DNA from: Lytechinus pictus
Lineage: Eukaryota
Assembly (NCBI RefSeq): GCF_037042905.1
Contig: NC_087263.1
Location: forward strand, 9,612,001-9,676,000
Direction: 5' to 3'
Length of the DNA stretch: 64,000 bases
Shown: piece after piece, positions 25,821 through 38,751 of the stretch
Layout of the letters: each line of letters opens with the position of its first letter
How positions within the stretch are numbered: the first letter of the stretch is position 1
The notes under the pieces: model-generated
The model's database searches: none
What the model saw: the letters and a program-made list of their open reading frames with translations, nothing else
Told to the model about the DNA's origin: nothing
Program-made: the position numbers and the translations under genes

Positions 25821-26185
25821 GAGGAGCCCTGGTGTAGTGATTCTGACTTTCGCCTTGTAATTAGAAGGTCGTGTGTTTGAATCCCATTTCGACCCAGCGT
25901 CCTTTGGCAAGGCGTTAATCCACACTGCTACTCTCCACTCGGTTGCTAAATGAAATGGGTACCCGGTAGGATGTGAAAGTTTTTGTAGCTTGTCCAGCAC
26001 TGTACACGCCTCGCCGCCGCATTAGCGACTTGCTTGAATACTCCCCAGGGAGTGGAGGATGTGCATACATTGTGTGCGGGAATGACTGTTTGAATCCGAT
26101 GACCGGGGTAATGAAAAGTCATGAAGCGTTTAGCTACATGTACATGTATGTACATGTACAATGTATGTCTTAAGCGCATTATAAA
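25821..26185 (+). mobile_element. tRNA-derived SINE
   Basis: tggtgtagtga (A box), gtttgaatccc (B box), then cctttggcaaggcg...aaatgggtaccc core shared with the copies at 54265 and 55420. Confidence 0.7.
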
Positions 26186-26220
26186 CAACCAGATTAATAT
26201 TCACTATCTTTTGTTTGTAG

Positions 26221-26366
26221 GTATGTGGGCACAGGATAGCGATGAGGAGAACGAAAGAGTTGGACTAGGTGGAGGATCGCGGGGCGGAGGATTCGATCCT
26301 TTAGGAGACATGGCTTTCATCAGTAGAGGGTTCAAAGGGGACAACAAGAAAGACGAAGATGCAGAG
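26221..26366 (+). CDS. TFIP11: TFIP11 coding exon 2
   Basis: tttgtag| (G)MWAQDSDEENERVGLGGGSRGGGFDPLGDMAFISRGFKGDNKKDEDAE |gtatgg. Phases 1 to 0. Confidence 0.9.
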
Positions 26367-26742
26367 GTATGGTGTCTTTGAAATAAATCAAATTTATTCA
26401 TGTTATAATTTTGATATATGATCCTGATATCATGTACCTGGCCACGGAGGATTATTTATTATTACTGGGGGTGCTGTGACAATGCTCAGCACCCCCAGCA
26501 ACAATAGAATAATCCTCCGTGGACAGGGCCCATTTACTCATTTTCCTCTGTCCTCTGTGCGAGGGCGCTATGAGATTATGATGTCACATTTATGAGGTCT
26601 ATAGAACAGAAATTACATCCCTGTTCAGTGGTAATGTGTACACACATTTACATGGATATGTTCATTTACATGATAAAAACACTACTTGTACATGCATGTC
26701 AAATTTATTATTTATCTTGTAATTTGTAATTGATTTTTCTAG

Positions 26743-26898
26743 GGTGATGAGAATGATGATGACGAACCTTCAACAAGCGCCGGAAAAGCGCCTAAAACCC
26801 AGGCTCAGAGGAGACATGCGAAGCTGATGAAAGCAGACAAGGAGTTTGCAAAGTGGCAGAAATACACCACAGGAATCGGAGAAAAGCTTCTCATTCAG
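26743..26898 (+). CDS. TFIP11: TFIP11 coding exon 3 (start of G-patch)
   Basis: tttttctag| GDENDDDEPSTSAGKAPKTQAQRRHAKLMKADKEFAKWQKYTTGIGEKLLIQ |gtgaga. Phase 0 to 0. Confidence 0.92.
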
Positions 26899-26912
26899 GT
26901 GAGATATGGTCC

Positions 26913-27060
26913 CTTTTTTATGCCCCCGCAGACGAAGTCCGGAGGGGGCATTAAACGTTGCCCCTGTCCGTCCGTCCCCCCACTTGGTTTCCGCGCAATA
27001 ACTTGAAAAATATTTAATAGATTTAAGAAAAATTTGGTGTGTAGGTAGTGTATTGGCTTT
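26913..27060. mobile_element. Helentron/DINE-like non-autonomous element end
   Basis: T-run followed by hairpin tgcccccgc...ggagggggca and a (GTCC)n microsatellite, the arrangement typical of HINE/DINE-1-type elements. Confidence 0.45.
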
Positions 27061-27768
27061 TTTAGTCACAGTGGTTTGTATGGACCATTATCCCAGGAAG
27101 TCTGACGGCAAAGACCCTGATTGAAACTTGTAAAAAAAAGTGGGTAAAGTAGGTCTTCACTCGAGACTAATATATATAAAACTGGCTGTGAGAGGGACCT
27201 TCTGTACACAAGTCATTGGCAGGGACCTTAGGCTACGTATTCAGATCATTTTTCTTGAGTGAAGGGTTTGCACAGCAGAGTATATTCCAAATGAGCCTGC
27301 AGGGCAGCAACAACAGTCCTCACTAAGGTGATTGTTGCTGTCACCTTGCCACTCGGGATCAAGGGGGGGGGGGGGCAAAACTAGATAGTTTCGAGGGCAT
27401 AAATATTAAAAATATTTTCCTGTAATTTCCTTTGCCAGAGGCAACATTAATGCTGAGCAGGCGGGTGTGATGTTGCTTTGATTACTGGTTAAATGTTGGG
27501 GTGCATTTTGAGTATCAATTAGATTGTAGTTTCAAGTCATTAATCCCTTCACTTGAGCGTTTCATGAAAAGATTTGTTGGTGGGTGGGTTTGCACTGACA
27601 AATGTGTTCTCAGCCTATTGGCAGGGATTAGCAGTAGCTTATAATATCTGTCAGTAAATCACTGATAAAACTTTCCATGACACACTTGCAGGATAAATGC
27701 ATCCGTACCATTCTTGAATCCCTCTCAGAGCTCCATTGACAATTCCCTTTTCCCTCCTCTTTCCGTAG

Positions 27769-27984
27769 ATGGGGTATATTCCAGGCAAAGGTCTCGGCAA
27801 AGCAAATCAAGGAATCGTTCGCCCCGTAGAGGCTACCAAGCATAAAGGCAAAGGAGCCATCGGTCATGGTCGACCACTGCGGCAGACCATCGTCTCGGAT
27901 GAGGAGATCGACGACGAGGAGATAGCGAGGAAACTCGGCAAACCTGTAGCGGCGAAGGGAGCAGCCAAATGGAAGAAAACCGAT
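27769..27984 (+). CDS. TFIP11: TFIP11 coding exon 4 (G-patch)
   Basis: ttccgtag| MGYIPGKGLGKANQGIVRPVEATKHKGKGAIGHG...AAKWKKTD |gtgagt. Canonical G-patch glycine pattern. Confidence 0.95.
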
Positions 27985-28242
27985 GTGAGTATTGAATGCA
28001 CTGAGCGATGGAAACGGCAGCTCGAGCTAAATGATAATAGTGCGCCTTGGAATAGTTTCAGATTATTTCCATAATTCATAGACAAACATTTTTCATTTTT
28101 TTCATTGGTTGATATGATTATAACATGTGATATGAAATGAATTGTTCTTAGAAAAAAAAAATTATACACAATAAGAATTAAACCATTAAAGAATGTAAAG
28201 AATGGAGGGGCATATTAAGTTGAAAGCAAAGCATGTGAGTTA

Positions 28243-28600
28243 AGGCCACCGCACACCTTACGACTGTTCGCGATCCGATTTTGGAACAAATCGCACTTTG
28301 CTCATTTTCTGATGGAACATATCATTTATTTGAGGTTAAAATTAAAAGAAAGAATACTAATATAACCATTTTTAAAGATTGCAAACCTTTATTTTGGAGT
28401 AAAGGCCAAATTAGTTTCAAATCATAGCCTTTTATTCTAAGAAGGATGATAGCATAGTCACAGATTTGAACATAGGTATTCCTACGATGATTTCGAACAT
28501 TACACAGTAAGATATTCCAAGTCTCGATATTAGCATCAAATGCTACAACATTTTATTCTGAGATCGGGTCGCAGACCAATCGTAAGGTGTGCGGTCGCCT
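28243..28600. mobile_element. PIF/Harbinger-type MITE
   Basis: TIR AGGCCACCGCACACCTTACGA / TCGTAAGGTGTGCGGTCGCCT with TTA 3-bp TSD. Confidence 0.75.
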
Positions 28601-29406
28601 TTATAGGCCCGAAAGGAAAAATAGGAAGATAGGTAAGGCTATGATATTGTCGAGAAAAGCAATGTTAAAAAAAGAAAGGTATTGAACCAATTGTATTTAT
28701 CCCATATGTAGCATGCCCTGTTAAGATTTTATCAAGATAGATTGCATGATACACATGCGTAATATTATTATTATTACTAAATAGGTTCATTATTGCGGAA
28801 TGAAATAATCGCTAGAGGGTATTCATTTGTCTCGCAATCTACTATGGTCAACAAGGAAATTCATGATCACTCTCGCAAAAAGTGTTCACTAGCTTTCTAG
28901 GAAATTCGTGATCACTCTCGCAAAAAGTGTTCACTAGCTTACAAGTTCACGAGCTTTCGAGTGCCGCTGCAACTCTTTATCAAGTGATGAAAATTATCTG
29001 ATACGGTAGTCAATTTATACCAATCCCCAGGACCGTATGCACGAACGCGGGAACAATAGGTGGGCACTGATCCTGATCACTGATTATTATTATTGTTAAT
29101 GTGAATTTGCATTGTTCATTGTGAAGCATGACATTTTTACTCCCATAATACTTTCTTCTCACACTTGTTTGCCTGTTGTTGCTCTTGGTATTTCTGGAAG
29201 GCAAAGAAATCATATGAAGTTAAAAAATTTAAAGTATAAAATAGAATTGCAGCTGGAAGCCCATTTTCAGTTGCACATATGATCGTTGTTAGTCTTCCAT
29301 TCCACTTCATTTCAAAAGAGAGAATGTTTAGATGTGTATGAATACTGAATGTTCTAAGATTTGTAAGCAACAATGTTAAAGGTCGCATGTTCTTTGTCCA
29401 ACACAG

Positions 29407-29711
29407 GTCAAAGGTCAAAAGAACTATGTATACAAGACAGTGGATGAGGTCAAGCGGACAGGGATATCCAAGAAACAACCAAAGTCCCTGCCAAACCAAC
29501 GTCTTACAAACGTGAAAGTGATCGATATGACCGGACCGGAGCAGCGCGTTCTGTCTGGGTACTCAGAGATCTCTAAAGGTCATGACAAGCCCGTAGAGAC
29601 GTTTGAATCCGTTGAGGCGGGGAAGAAGATGTTTGAGATGCCGGAGCTGATGCATAACCTGGATCTTCTTGTTGAGATGGCGGAACAGAGGATTATTAAG
29701 CATGATAGACA
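29407..29711 (+). CDS. TFIP11: TFIP11 coding exon 5
   Basis: acacag| VKGQKNYVYKTVDEV...VKVIDMTGPEQRV...FEMPELMHNLDLLVEMAEQRIIKHDR(Q) |gtgagt. Matches KVIDMTGREQ and PELEHNL motifs. Phase 0 to 2. Confidence 0.95.
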
Positions 29712-30825
29712 GTGAGTTGCCCTATAACCAGATATTATCTTGCTATTTCTGCCAGTTTTGTTTTCAAATTTTTATTAGGAAGAGGTAGAAGGAGGGTGTC
29801 ATTCATTGCTAGTATTATCAGGGACAGTGGATTTGAAAATTCATCTCGAATAAAAAATTTTGTTCTTTCCATTTCACAAATACATGTATCTACACTTTTG
29901 TAGGCATAAATTCATACAAACATCAGTTTGGCATTTAGAATATAAGTATATACAATTTATGTTTATAGAAGAAGGTGTAAGACCCCAGAAGCAAAGGCTT
30001 TTAGTGGGATATGCCTGTAAACATTAATACAGTACAGTGGACAGTACAAATAAAAGACGAAGGGCGAGAAAAAAGCGCACTGCTACATTAGCTTGGAGGC
30101 ATCTCGTTCATGACTTTCGAGTTGGTATAGGCTAGTCCTGTGTCCCTTGCAATAGTAAGAGTAGTAATAGTAGTACTTTTTTATTTCAATTTATTGATAA
30201 TTCATAAAATGCAAAGCAGATATATACAATAAAATGTGTATGGGAATCACAACAAAAGCCTATGGCTTGCTAAACAGTGATCCCCTTACATACAAAATAT
30301 ACAATATGACATGGTAAATCAAGAACTTTGCCAAGTATCAAGAACAATCAAATCTACAATAATTCCAAACTTGCCCCAAGATCTAACACAAAAATATTCA
30401 AGAATATTTAGTAAGCAAGAAGCATGATGTGATTATTGAATTAATTATCATGTTCAATTATCACGCTCTTTTATCCATATTAGGCAATTGCAGAATTTTG
30501 GGGGCTATTTCTTTCATTTTAAGGGCTACATTTTAGGGGCAACAAGCAATTATGCAGTCAATGAAATATCATTATTCTGTCATAGTCAGAATATTGATTT
30601 TCTAAATATTCTTGAATATTTCTTGTGTTAGATCTTGGGGCAAGTCTAGAATAGAAAGAATGGTCGCCCCAAAGCATGCATTTTGGAGGAATTTTAGGGG
30701 TGATTTGGGCAGTCATGCAGGGGAAATCACCCTTCGTCCTCAGGTATTTCCTATGCTGATACACCATTACACAGCCAAAATTGGCTGGATTCTTGACCTT
30801 TTGTAAATGAAACATTTCTTCACAG

Positions 30826-30948
30826 ATTACATCATGAGGATGATATGATTGTGAACCTCCAGCATGAGAATCAGAAAACAAGTCAAATCTTGGAGCAGGA
30901 ACAAGCCGTCATCGATAGATTATCAACGGTCATTGAGGTTGTTCAGAG
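30826..30948 (+). CDS. TFIP11: TFIP11 coding exon 6
   Basis: ttcttcacag| (Q)LHHEDDMIVNLQHENQKTSQILEQEQAVIDRLSTVIEVVQ(S) |gtatgc. Phase 2 to 2. Confidence 0.92.
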
Positions 30949-31774
30949 GTATGCATTCTATTTTGATACTTTTTTATTTTATTTTTTTCGATACTGCCCA
31001 AACTGACTTTCAACTAATGGCCAAAGAAGGGCTTTTCGTCAAATGGAGAAAGCCCCAGCTCAACCAACAGGTGTACAATTATCAAGTAATGCCTTCTTCT
31101 TAACCCCACTCCTTACTGATATGATCACTGACAAAAGTTTTACTTTCACTCCTTTTAATTTGGATTCACCCTGTATCACACACCTTTGTAATCTCATGTT
31201 ACTACATTCTTCAAATTTGCCTGATATCCAAAATGCATAAGTACAAATAACTCTGTTTATCATTTTCAGGATGATGATGATGAGGTTTGAACCTTGAAGC
31301 ATGTTCGTTCATTTAAATGTTAGGTTCTCTTCATTATTTTTTTCTTCAAGTTAATGTTGTGTTGTTTGTACTGTTATTTCATTTCATTTATTTCTCAAAA
31401 GTCATTTAATTCAATTTATTTATTTTTTATTTTTTAAATAATTGCTTAGCTAGATTACAATATTCCTTCTCGCGATACCTGAGACTTCAATTTAGATTTC
31501 CCTTAAATAGTTTCCCCCAACCTTCATACACACCACTTGCTCATAAAAAGTGCTTTTCTTGTTTTGTTTTTTTGAAAGTCTTTATATACAAGATTCACTA
31601 TGTGTCTTTACATCTATTCTGTTATAATGTAGCATGTTGCAGGTTCCTGTAATTCATGTTTCACTTGGGATCACTTTTCAAGGGAAACCAATCATTTGGT
31701 TTTATAGACAGTTGGTTTGCTTAAGCTGGTTTAACTGAATTATGTCCAGGATAGCAGCCTTAGATTAAACCCTG

Positions 31775-32215
31775 ACAAAAAAATTGTTGGAAAATTACCG
31801 TGAAAAATAAAAGACATTGGGAAGGTTTGAAGAAAATCCATTAATAGGATTAAGAAAGTAATTAGAATTTTAAGTTTTGGATTTGTGACGTCATATATGA
31901 GCGGCTTCCCCATATAGTGTGTTGCTAGGTAGTCCTTGATGATTACAATATCATTGTCGTACTAATTATTCTTGTTTTGTTTGAAAGTTCACCCTTACAA
32001 AAAATTTGTTGGAAAAGTACCATGAAAAATAAAAGACATTGGGAAGGTTTGAAGAAAATCCATTAAGGATTTAGAAAGTAATTAGAATTTTAAGTTTTGG
32101 ATTTGTGACGTCATATATGAGCGGCTTCCCCATATAGTGTGTTGCTAGGTAGTCCTTGATGATTACACTATCATTGTCAATTTTTGTCATAATAATTATT
32201 CTTGTTTTGGTTGAA
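31775..32215 (+). repeat. Tandem duplication (~220 bp, two copies) of a transposon fragment
   Basis: acaaaaaa...ttgttggaaaa...gacattgggaaggtttgaagaaaatcc...cttgttttg.ttgaaa occurs twice. Similar sequence lies at ~19250-19410. Confidence 0.8.
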
Positions 32216-32319
32216 AACTAGTAACCAAACAGAGTCAGCGTGGTCCTTTTCAGGACGAAAGATACATGGTGTACTGTGAAACCACTAATCTCTACTAACC
32301 AAACATTTTAAATTTGCAG

Positions 32320-32467
32320 TCTTGCAGAAAGGTCAACCCCAGGACATGCTAACCCAGTGGCCTTGAGTGACTTTGAGGAAAGTTTAAAGAGGCTTCGAGA
32401 GGACATGGCTGAAGAGTGGAAAGCCTTTCAACTTGTTGATATCACCGTAGCCCTTGTATTTCCATTG
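32320..32467 (+). CDS. TFIP11: TFIP11 coding exon 7
   Basis: aatttgcag| (S)LAERSTPGHANPVALSDFEESLKRLREDMAEEWKAFQLVDITVALVFPL |gtaagt. Phase 2 to 0. Confidence 0.9.
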
Positions 32468-33082
32468 GTAAGTCAGGGATTATGATAGTATGATATGATA
32501 TGATTATAGATATTGATATTGCTGGCTTTCAAAAGTTGTGGTTGATCAGATCAATCGTAACTCTTTGTAAGACAGATTTCAACTTTAGCTGATAAGAATG
32601 AAACTGATTCCAAATCTGAACCCAAGACTGGGTCACCAGTCATGCGCAAAGCTGTGTGTTTTACAATCCAGGGCCTTTCGTTGTACTTCCGTCCCTGCAA
32701 TTCGATGACCCCAAAACTGTGAAGTTGGTATTGCACTTCTTCCTTTACATAGGTTCCATCAGAAAGTTTTGAAAGATTAAATATATTCCAAATATTTACA
32801 TCTAATGCTGGCACATAATGAAGAGCTTGGCACCAAACGGGTTTATATCAACTTTTGATTAAAATTGAGTCTTTGATCTCACACTATAATCTATGTAGGG
32901 ACCCGTCCTTGAACAAATGTTTAACCTTAATTTTCAGAACAACCATAATATTTTACTTTATAGACTCCTCTTCAAAAGTGTTAACAAATACCTTTTCTTT
33001 GAATCTAATTTAAAGGAAAAATAGTACCTTTTTAATTACAATGTATTCATACATGATTAATTGGTGCCCATTTATTGTTCAG

Positions 33083-33305
33083 TTCCAAGCAGAGCTCCGT
33101 GACTGGAACCCCATCAGTGAGATCAATAAGCACCTGGACCTGTTCCAGACCTGGAAAGACATCCTTGACTCTCCGGACTGTCAGATGATCATCCAGGACC
33201 ATCCCGCTATAACCGCTTACGAGAGACTGGTCTGGGAAGACTGGATGCCTGTTGTTAGGAGAGGAATCACCGGATGGAATGTTCATGATTGCGATCCTTT
33301 AATTG
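33083..33305 (+). CDS. TFIP11: TFIP11 coding exon 8 (GCFC domain)
   Basis: ttgttcag| FQAELRDWNPISE...AYERLVWEDWMPVVRRGITGWNVHDCDPLI(E) |gtgagt. Phase 0 to 1. Confidence 0.93.
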
Positions 33306-34086
33306 GTGAGTACATTGCAGTTCGGGCTACCCACTAAAAAAAAAAAATGATTGTTACTAGTCAATACTATCAATATTATTGCCAAATTTTATGCATCATA
33401 TGATTGCAGCATATCTATTACATAGCCTGTGAAGGAACCGGCAGGTTCCTCGTTCGAGATATACACCCGACCGAAAACAATGCTGTAGTCAAGTTTTAGA
33501 TTGGTGACTTTTAATGAAGGAGAAAGAAGCCCCCTGGTCATGGGGCGGTAAATTATGAATTACACCTAAAGGTGTAGAAGGTAGCTCGGAATCCGGGTGG
33601 CGAACCGCATTTGTAGTACGTGGCTTGGCTGATTAATTAAAACTGCCTTGCCACGTACAAACAGAAAATCGATTATAAAGACGACGTACGGTCTGGGTCC
33701 ACCTTTCCCGATGACTTATTACCTGCAAGTGACGCTAAACATGCCTTCCCGGAAGGGCTTGCCTGACATGAGTTATCGGACTATTTTAATAAAACAAATT
33801 GTGGCTTCCGAATGAAAAGGCAGGTAATAAATTAGTATATTAAAACAATTGTTATATGTAATCTTATTTTTGATATATACAAATACTTCACTATTATTTT
33901 TAAGAAATAAAAGAAATATGTTATTGCTGGACTACTTAGTCAGCGGAGGAAATTGTAAGTAATACGATTTGTAAAGACTGTGACGTATCTAAAAAACGGC
34001 GGCAAAAGAAACTAGTGGGTCTTTCATAGGACAAAACTAAAAATAAGGTTAATTAAATTATTTTGGTCGCTACACCTGCATTTGTA

Positions 34087-34336
34087 TACTGCCCGACTTT
34101 GGCAAAAGGAAGCAAGTGACACATCAGTCAAATTTGAGTTTGTTGTTGTTTCTGAAACACCCTTTGTATGTTGCATGTTCAGGCGAAATTTGGGGAAGAA
34201 ACGATAGTTCTATGGAAAGATATTGACGAAAATATGCTGTTAAATTGCATTGACACCTATGTAAATGACGAACACACATTGCTCATTTACAACAAATGAT
34301 GTAACTTGCTTCCTTTTGCCAAAGAATGGCAGCATA
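34087..34336. mobile_element. Small MITE with long TIRs
   Basis: ctgcc...ctttggcaaaaggaagcaagt.acatca / tgatgtaacttgcttccttttgccaaag...ggcag inverted arms. Boundaries approximate. Confidence 0.6.
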
Positions 34337-35104
34337 GTGAACAAGGCACTCCTATATTACCCCGGCTTAGCTTGGCCACCGATTCTGATGCTCACAGGTT
34401 TTTGCGGAATTAAAGCTTATTTATTATGAATGTGGGGGTGGGTAATCCTAGCTGCTGGAATGTATAGCGGATTTGTTGAAATCCACTTTGCCAATGAAAT
34501 TCTGATACCAACATTTATACACTTTGTGTGCCTATTCTGTTCCTTTTACCTTTCAGTCAGGAGAGTACATTGTCTTGCTAGATTGGCCTGTGCTTTTTAA
34601 AAGAAAAATAAGAAAAAAACATTGATTATTTTTCTTAAGGCGAGGCGTCAAAACCCCAAATGCGTTCCAACGCGTGCATAGCCATTGTTCCATAATGAGA
34701 GTGTGCAAAGGAGTTCCAAGAGATTAGTACGAAGTACCGTTATATTCTACATTAAAGCTAATTTGCATAATCCGTACACGCTGGGGAACGGGGCAATTAT
34801 TATCTCGATCGCTATTGGCTAATCCGCCGGAGCGTCGCACGAGAATACACTGAATAGTGCAGGTTCACATACACACACACACACAGCGCGCCAGCGTACA
34901 CTTCACATAAAATGAGGTCAGTGTTCGGCGTGCACGTCGGATCAACATTTGCAGCGAAGCTTTGCAGCGAATGCAGCGCGTGAGGTGCGGCCGGATCTAC
35001 GAGAGGGGGGAATAGGGGATGCCTGGGGCTAGCTTCCTGTACAAAGTACCAATTAAAAAAAAAAAATCCGTGTTTACGAGAGTCGCGCAAGCAAAACGGT
35101 GGCG

Positions 35105-38040
35105 GATTAGGACATGCTTTTAAATTGTTTTGAGGGGCGAACGAGTGAAAATATATTTTGTATACCTTTCGTTATGAACCCCCGTTCTCCATGACGAAAT
35201 GTAATTGACGAAAGGAAAGTAAAACAAAATAGAAGTCACAAACATCTCAGAATAGTTTGCGATCTATCAGGACATGTTTTAAAATTGATTTTAGGTGTCA
35301 ACAAGTTAAAATATATTTTATATACCTTTCGTTGTGATCCCTTGTTCTCCGTTAAGAAATATTAAATAAGTCTTTTCTCGACGATGTTGGAAACGTAAAT
35401 AAAACAGAATAGAAGTCACAAACATCTCAGATGGGTGTGCGATCTATCACAACATGTTTTAAAGCTGTTTTTAGGGGTTAACAAGTTAAAATAGATTTGA
35501 TATACCTTCCGTTATGATCCCCTGTTCTCCGTAAAGAAATATTAAAGATGCATTTTCTCGAAAAAGTTGGAAACGTCGATAAAACAAAATAGAAGTTGGT
35601 AGCATCTCATATTTATTGGTGATACATATTTTTCGAGGGGTCAACAAGTTAAAATATATTTGATATACCTTTCGTTTTGATCCCTTGTTGTCCGTTAAAA
35701 ATATTAAATACGTCTTTTCTCGACGATGTTGGAAACGTAAATAAAACAATAGAAGTCACAAACATCTCAGATGGGTGTGCGATCTATCAGGACATGTTTT
35801 AAAATTGTTTTTAGGTGTCAACAAGTTAAATTATATTTGATATACCTTTCGTTGTGATCCCTTGTTCTCCGTAAAGAAATATCAAATACGTCTTTTCTCG
35901 ACGATGTTGGAAACGTAGATAAAACAAAATAGAAGTCACAAACATCTCAGATGGGTGTGCGATCTATCAGGACATGTTTTAAAATTGTTTTTAGGTGTCA
36001 ACAAGTTAAAATAGATTTGATATACCTTTCGTTATGATCCCTTGTTCTCCGTTAAGAAATATTAAATACGTCTTTTCTCGACGATGTTGGAAACGTAAAT
36101 AAAACAGAATAGAAGTCACAAACATCTCAAATTGGTGCGCGATCTATCAGGACATGTTTTAAAATTGTTTTTAGGTGTCAACAAGTTAAATTATATTTGA
36201 TATACCTTTCGTTGTGATCCCTTGTTCTCCGTTAAGAGATATTAAATGCGTCTTTTCTCGACGATGTTGGAAACGTAGATAAAACAAAATAGAAGTCACA
36301 AACATCTCAGATGGGTGTGCGATCTATCAGGACATGTTTTAAAATTGTTTTTAGGTGTCAACAAGTTAAAATAGATTTGATATACCTTTCGTTATGATTC
36401 CTTGTTCTCCGTTAAGAAATATTAAATACGTCTTTTCTCGACGATGTTGGAAACGTAAATAAAACAGAATAGAAGTCACAAACATCTCAAATTGGTGCGC
36501 GATCTATCAGGACATGTTTTAAAATTGTTTTTAGGTGTCAACAAGTTAAATTATATTTGATATACCTTTCGTTGTGATCCCTTGTTCTCCGTTAAGAGAT
36601 ATTAAATACGTCTTTTCTTGACGATGTTGGAAACGTAAATAAAACAGAATAGAAGTCAAAAACATCTCAAATGGGTGTGCGATCTATCAGGACATGTTTT
36701 AAAATTGTTTTTAGGTGTCAACAAGTTAAAATAGATTTGATATACCTTTCGTTATGATCCCTTGTTCTCCGTTAAGAAATATTAAATACGTCTTTTCTCG
36801 ACGATGTTGGAAACGTAAATAAAACAGAATAGAAGTCACAAACATCTCAAATTGGTGCGCGATCTATCAGGACATGTTTTAAAATTGTTTTTAGGTGTCA
36901 ACAAGTTAAATTATATTTGATATACCTTTCGTTGTGATCCCTTGTTCTCCGTTAAGAGATATTAAATGCGTCTTTTCTCGACGATGTTGGAAACGTAGAT
37001 AAAACAAAATAGAAGTCACAAACATCTCAGATGGGTGTGCGATCTATCAGGACATGTTTTAAAATTGTTTTTAGGTGTCAACAAGTTAAAATAGATTTGA
37101 TATACCTTTCGTTATGATTCCTTGTTCTCCGTTAAGAAATATTAAATACGTCTTTTCTCGACGATGTTGGAAACGTAAATAAAACAGAATAGAAGTCACA
37201 AACATCTCAAATTGGTGCGCGATCTATCAGGACATGTTTTAAAATTGTTTTTAGGTGTCAACAAGTTATATTATATTTGATATACCTTTCGTTATGATTC
37301 CTTGTTCTCCGTTAAGAAATATTAAATACGTCTTTTCTCGACGATGTTGGAAACGTAAATAAAACAGAATAGAAGTCACAAACATCTCAAATTGGTGCGC
37401 GATCTATCAGGACATGTTTTAAAATTGTTTTTAGGTGTCAACAAGTTAAATTATATTTGATATACCTTTCGTTGTGATCCCTTGTTCTCCGTTAAGAGAT
37501 ATTAAATACGTCTTTTCTTGACGATGTTGGAAACGTAAATAAAACAGAATAGAAGTCAAAAACATCTCAAATGGGTGTGCGATCTATCAGGACATGTTTT
37601 AAAATTGTTTTTAGGGGTCAACAAGTTAAAATAGATTTGATATACCTTTTGTTATGATCCCCTGTTATCCGTTAAGAAATATTAAAGATGCATTTTCTCG
37701 ACAAAGTTGGAAACGTAGATAAAACAAAATAAAAGTCACAAACATCGCAGATGGGTGTGCGATCTATCAGGGCATGATTGAAAAAAATTCGAGGGGTCAA
37801 CAAGTTAAAATAGATTTGATATATACCTTTCGTTATGATCCCTTGTTCTCCGTTAAGAAATATTAAATACGTCTTTTCTTGACGATGTTGGAAACGTAAA
37901 TAAGACAAAATAGAAGTCAGTTGGTAGCCTTTCATAATTATTTGCGATCTATCAGGACATCTTTTAAGATTGTTTGAAGGTGACAACAGGTTAAAATATA
38001 TTCTATATGCATTTCGTTATGATACCTTGTTTTCCGTAAA
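35105..38040 (+). repeat. 180-bp tandem satellite, ~16 monomers, in TFIP11 intron 8
   Basis: Exact 180-bp period from 35761 to 37741 (aacatctca..t.ggtg.gcgatctatcaggacatgttttaaaattg...agaagtcaca), with more diverged monomers at both edges. Confidence 0.97.
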
Positions 38041-38549
38041 GCATAGGCGGTTCGGGGCGCGAGGGACTCCCCCCCCCCCCCCCCCCCCCCCTCTTGGACG
38101 AGCAAAAAAAGATAGAAAAAAGGGAAAAGAGGAGGGAAAAGAGAGGAGAAAAAAGAAGAGGAAGACGAGTGAATAAAATAAGATGAGGGAAAGACTTGGG
38201 GGAAAAAAATCTTTCATGTCACTCTATACAATTTTCGCTCGCGCTTCGCCCTCGCATTGCCTGTTAGGTGATTTTCATATCTTGTTCAATGAGTTTAGAT
38301 ATCAAGTTTGAAAGTTAATTTACAAAACACATTTCACGTCGGAAATTTAACTTCATTATTTTGTGTGATTTACAAATTGATTTTTAAAAAGTGCTCTGTA
38401 AACATGTCAGTTTTATGGTCTGAATATTAATATTTTCTGTTCGTGCTGCGCACTCGCGAATTTTGATTGGTACCTATTATTCTCGTGCATTCCATAAATT
38501 TTCAAAATATCCCTTTTTGGGTCTGATTGTCAAATCGTATCAAGGTTAT

Positions 38550-38751
38550 ACCGAGGTTGTTTTACCTGACTGCTAAGAAAGCACGAATGCCTGTGAGCAA
38601 GCAACCAGGGGACGAACGGCTTAAGGTCCTCTCCGAGGGACCTGGTAATGAGGATAAATGCCTTACCAAAGGGCACTAGCGCACCACTTGGGAATCGAAC
38701 CCGGTTCACCGGAATCCGAAACCCCCGCTCTACCGACTGAGCTATCGCGCC
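38550..38751 (-). mobile_element. tRNA-derived SINE
   Basis: Minus strand ggcgcgaTAGCTCAGTCGGtagagcg...GGTTCGATTCCc, then gtgccctttggtaaggcattt core and unrelated body. No complete acceptor stem or terminator. Confidence 0.8.

Noticed and set aside
33428..34074. Possible solo LTR on the minus strand (TGTAGCG...TTCACA with TATA-like and ATTAAA motifs)
   Set aside because: No matching target-site duplication, no second LTR or internal domain, and weak terminal inverted repeats.
38680..38751. Possible genuine tRNA genes (also 7760-7829 and 54265-54336)
   Set aside because: A and B boxes are present, but cloverleaf stems are imperfect and each continues into a shared SINE body, so they are called SINE heads.
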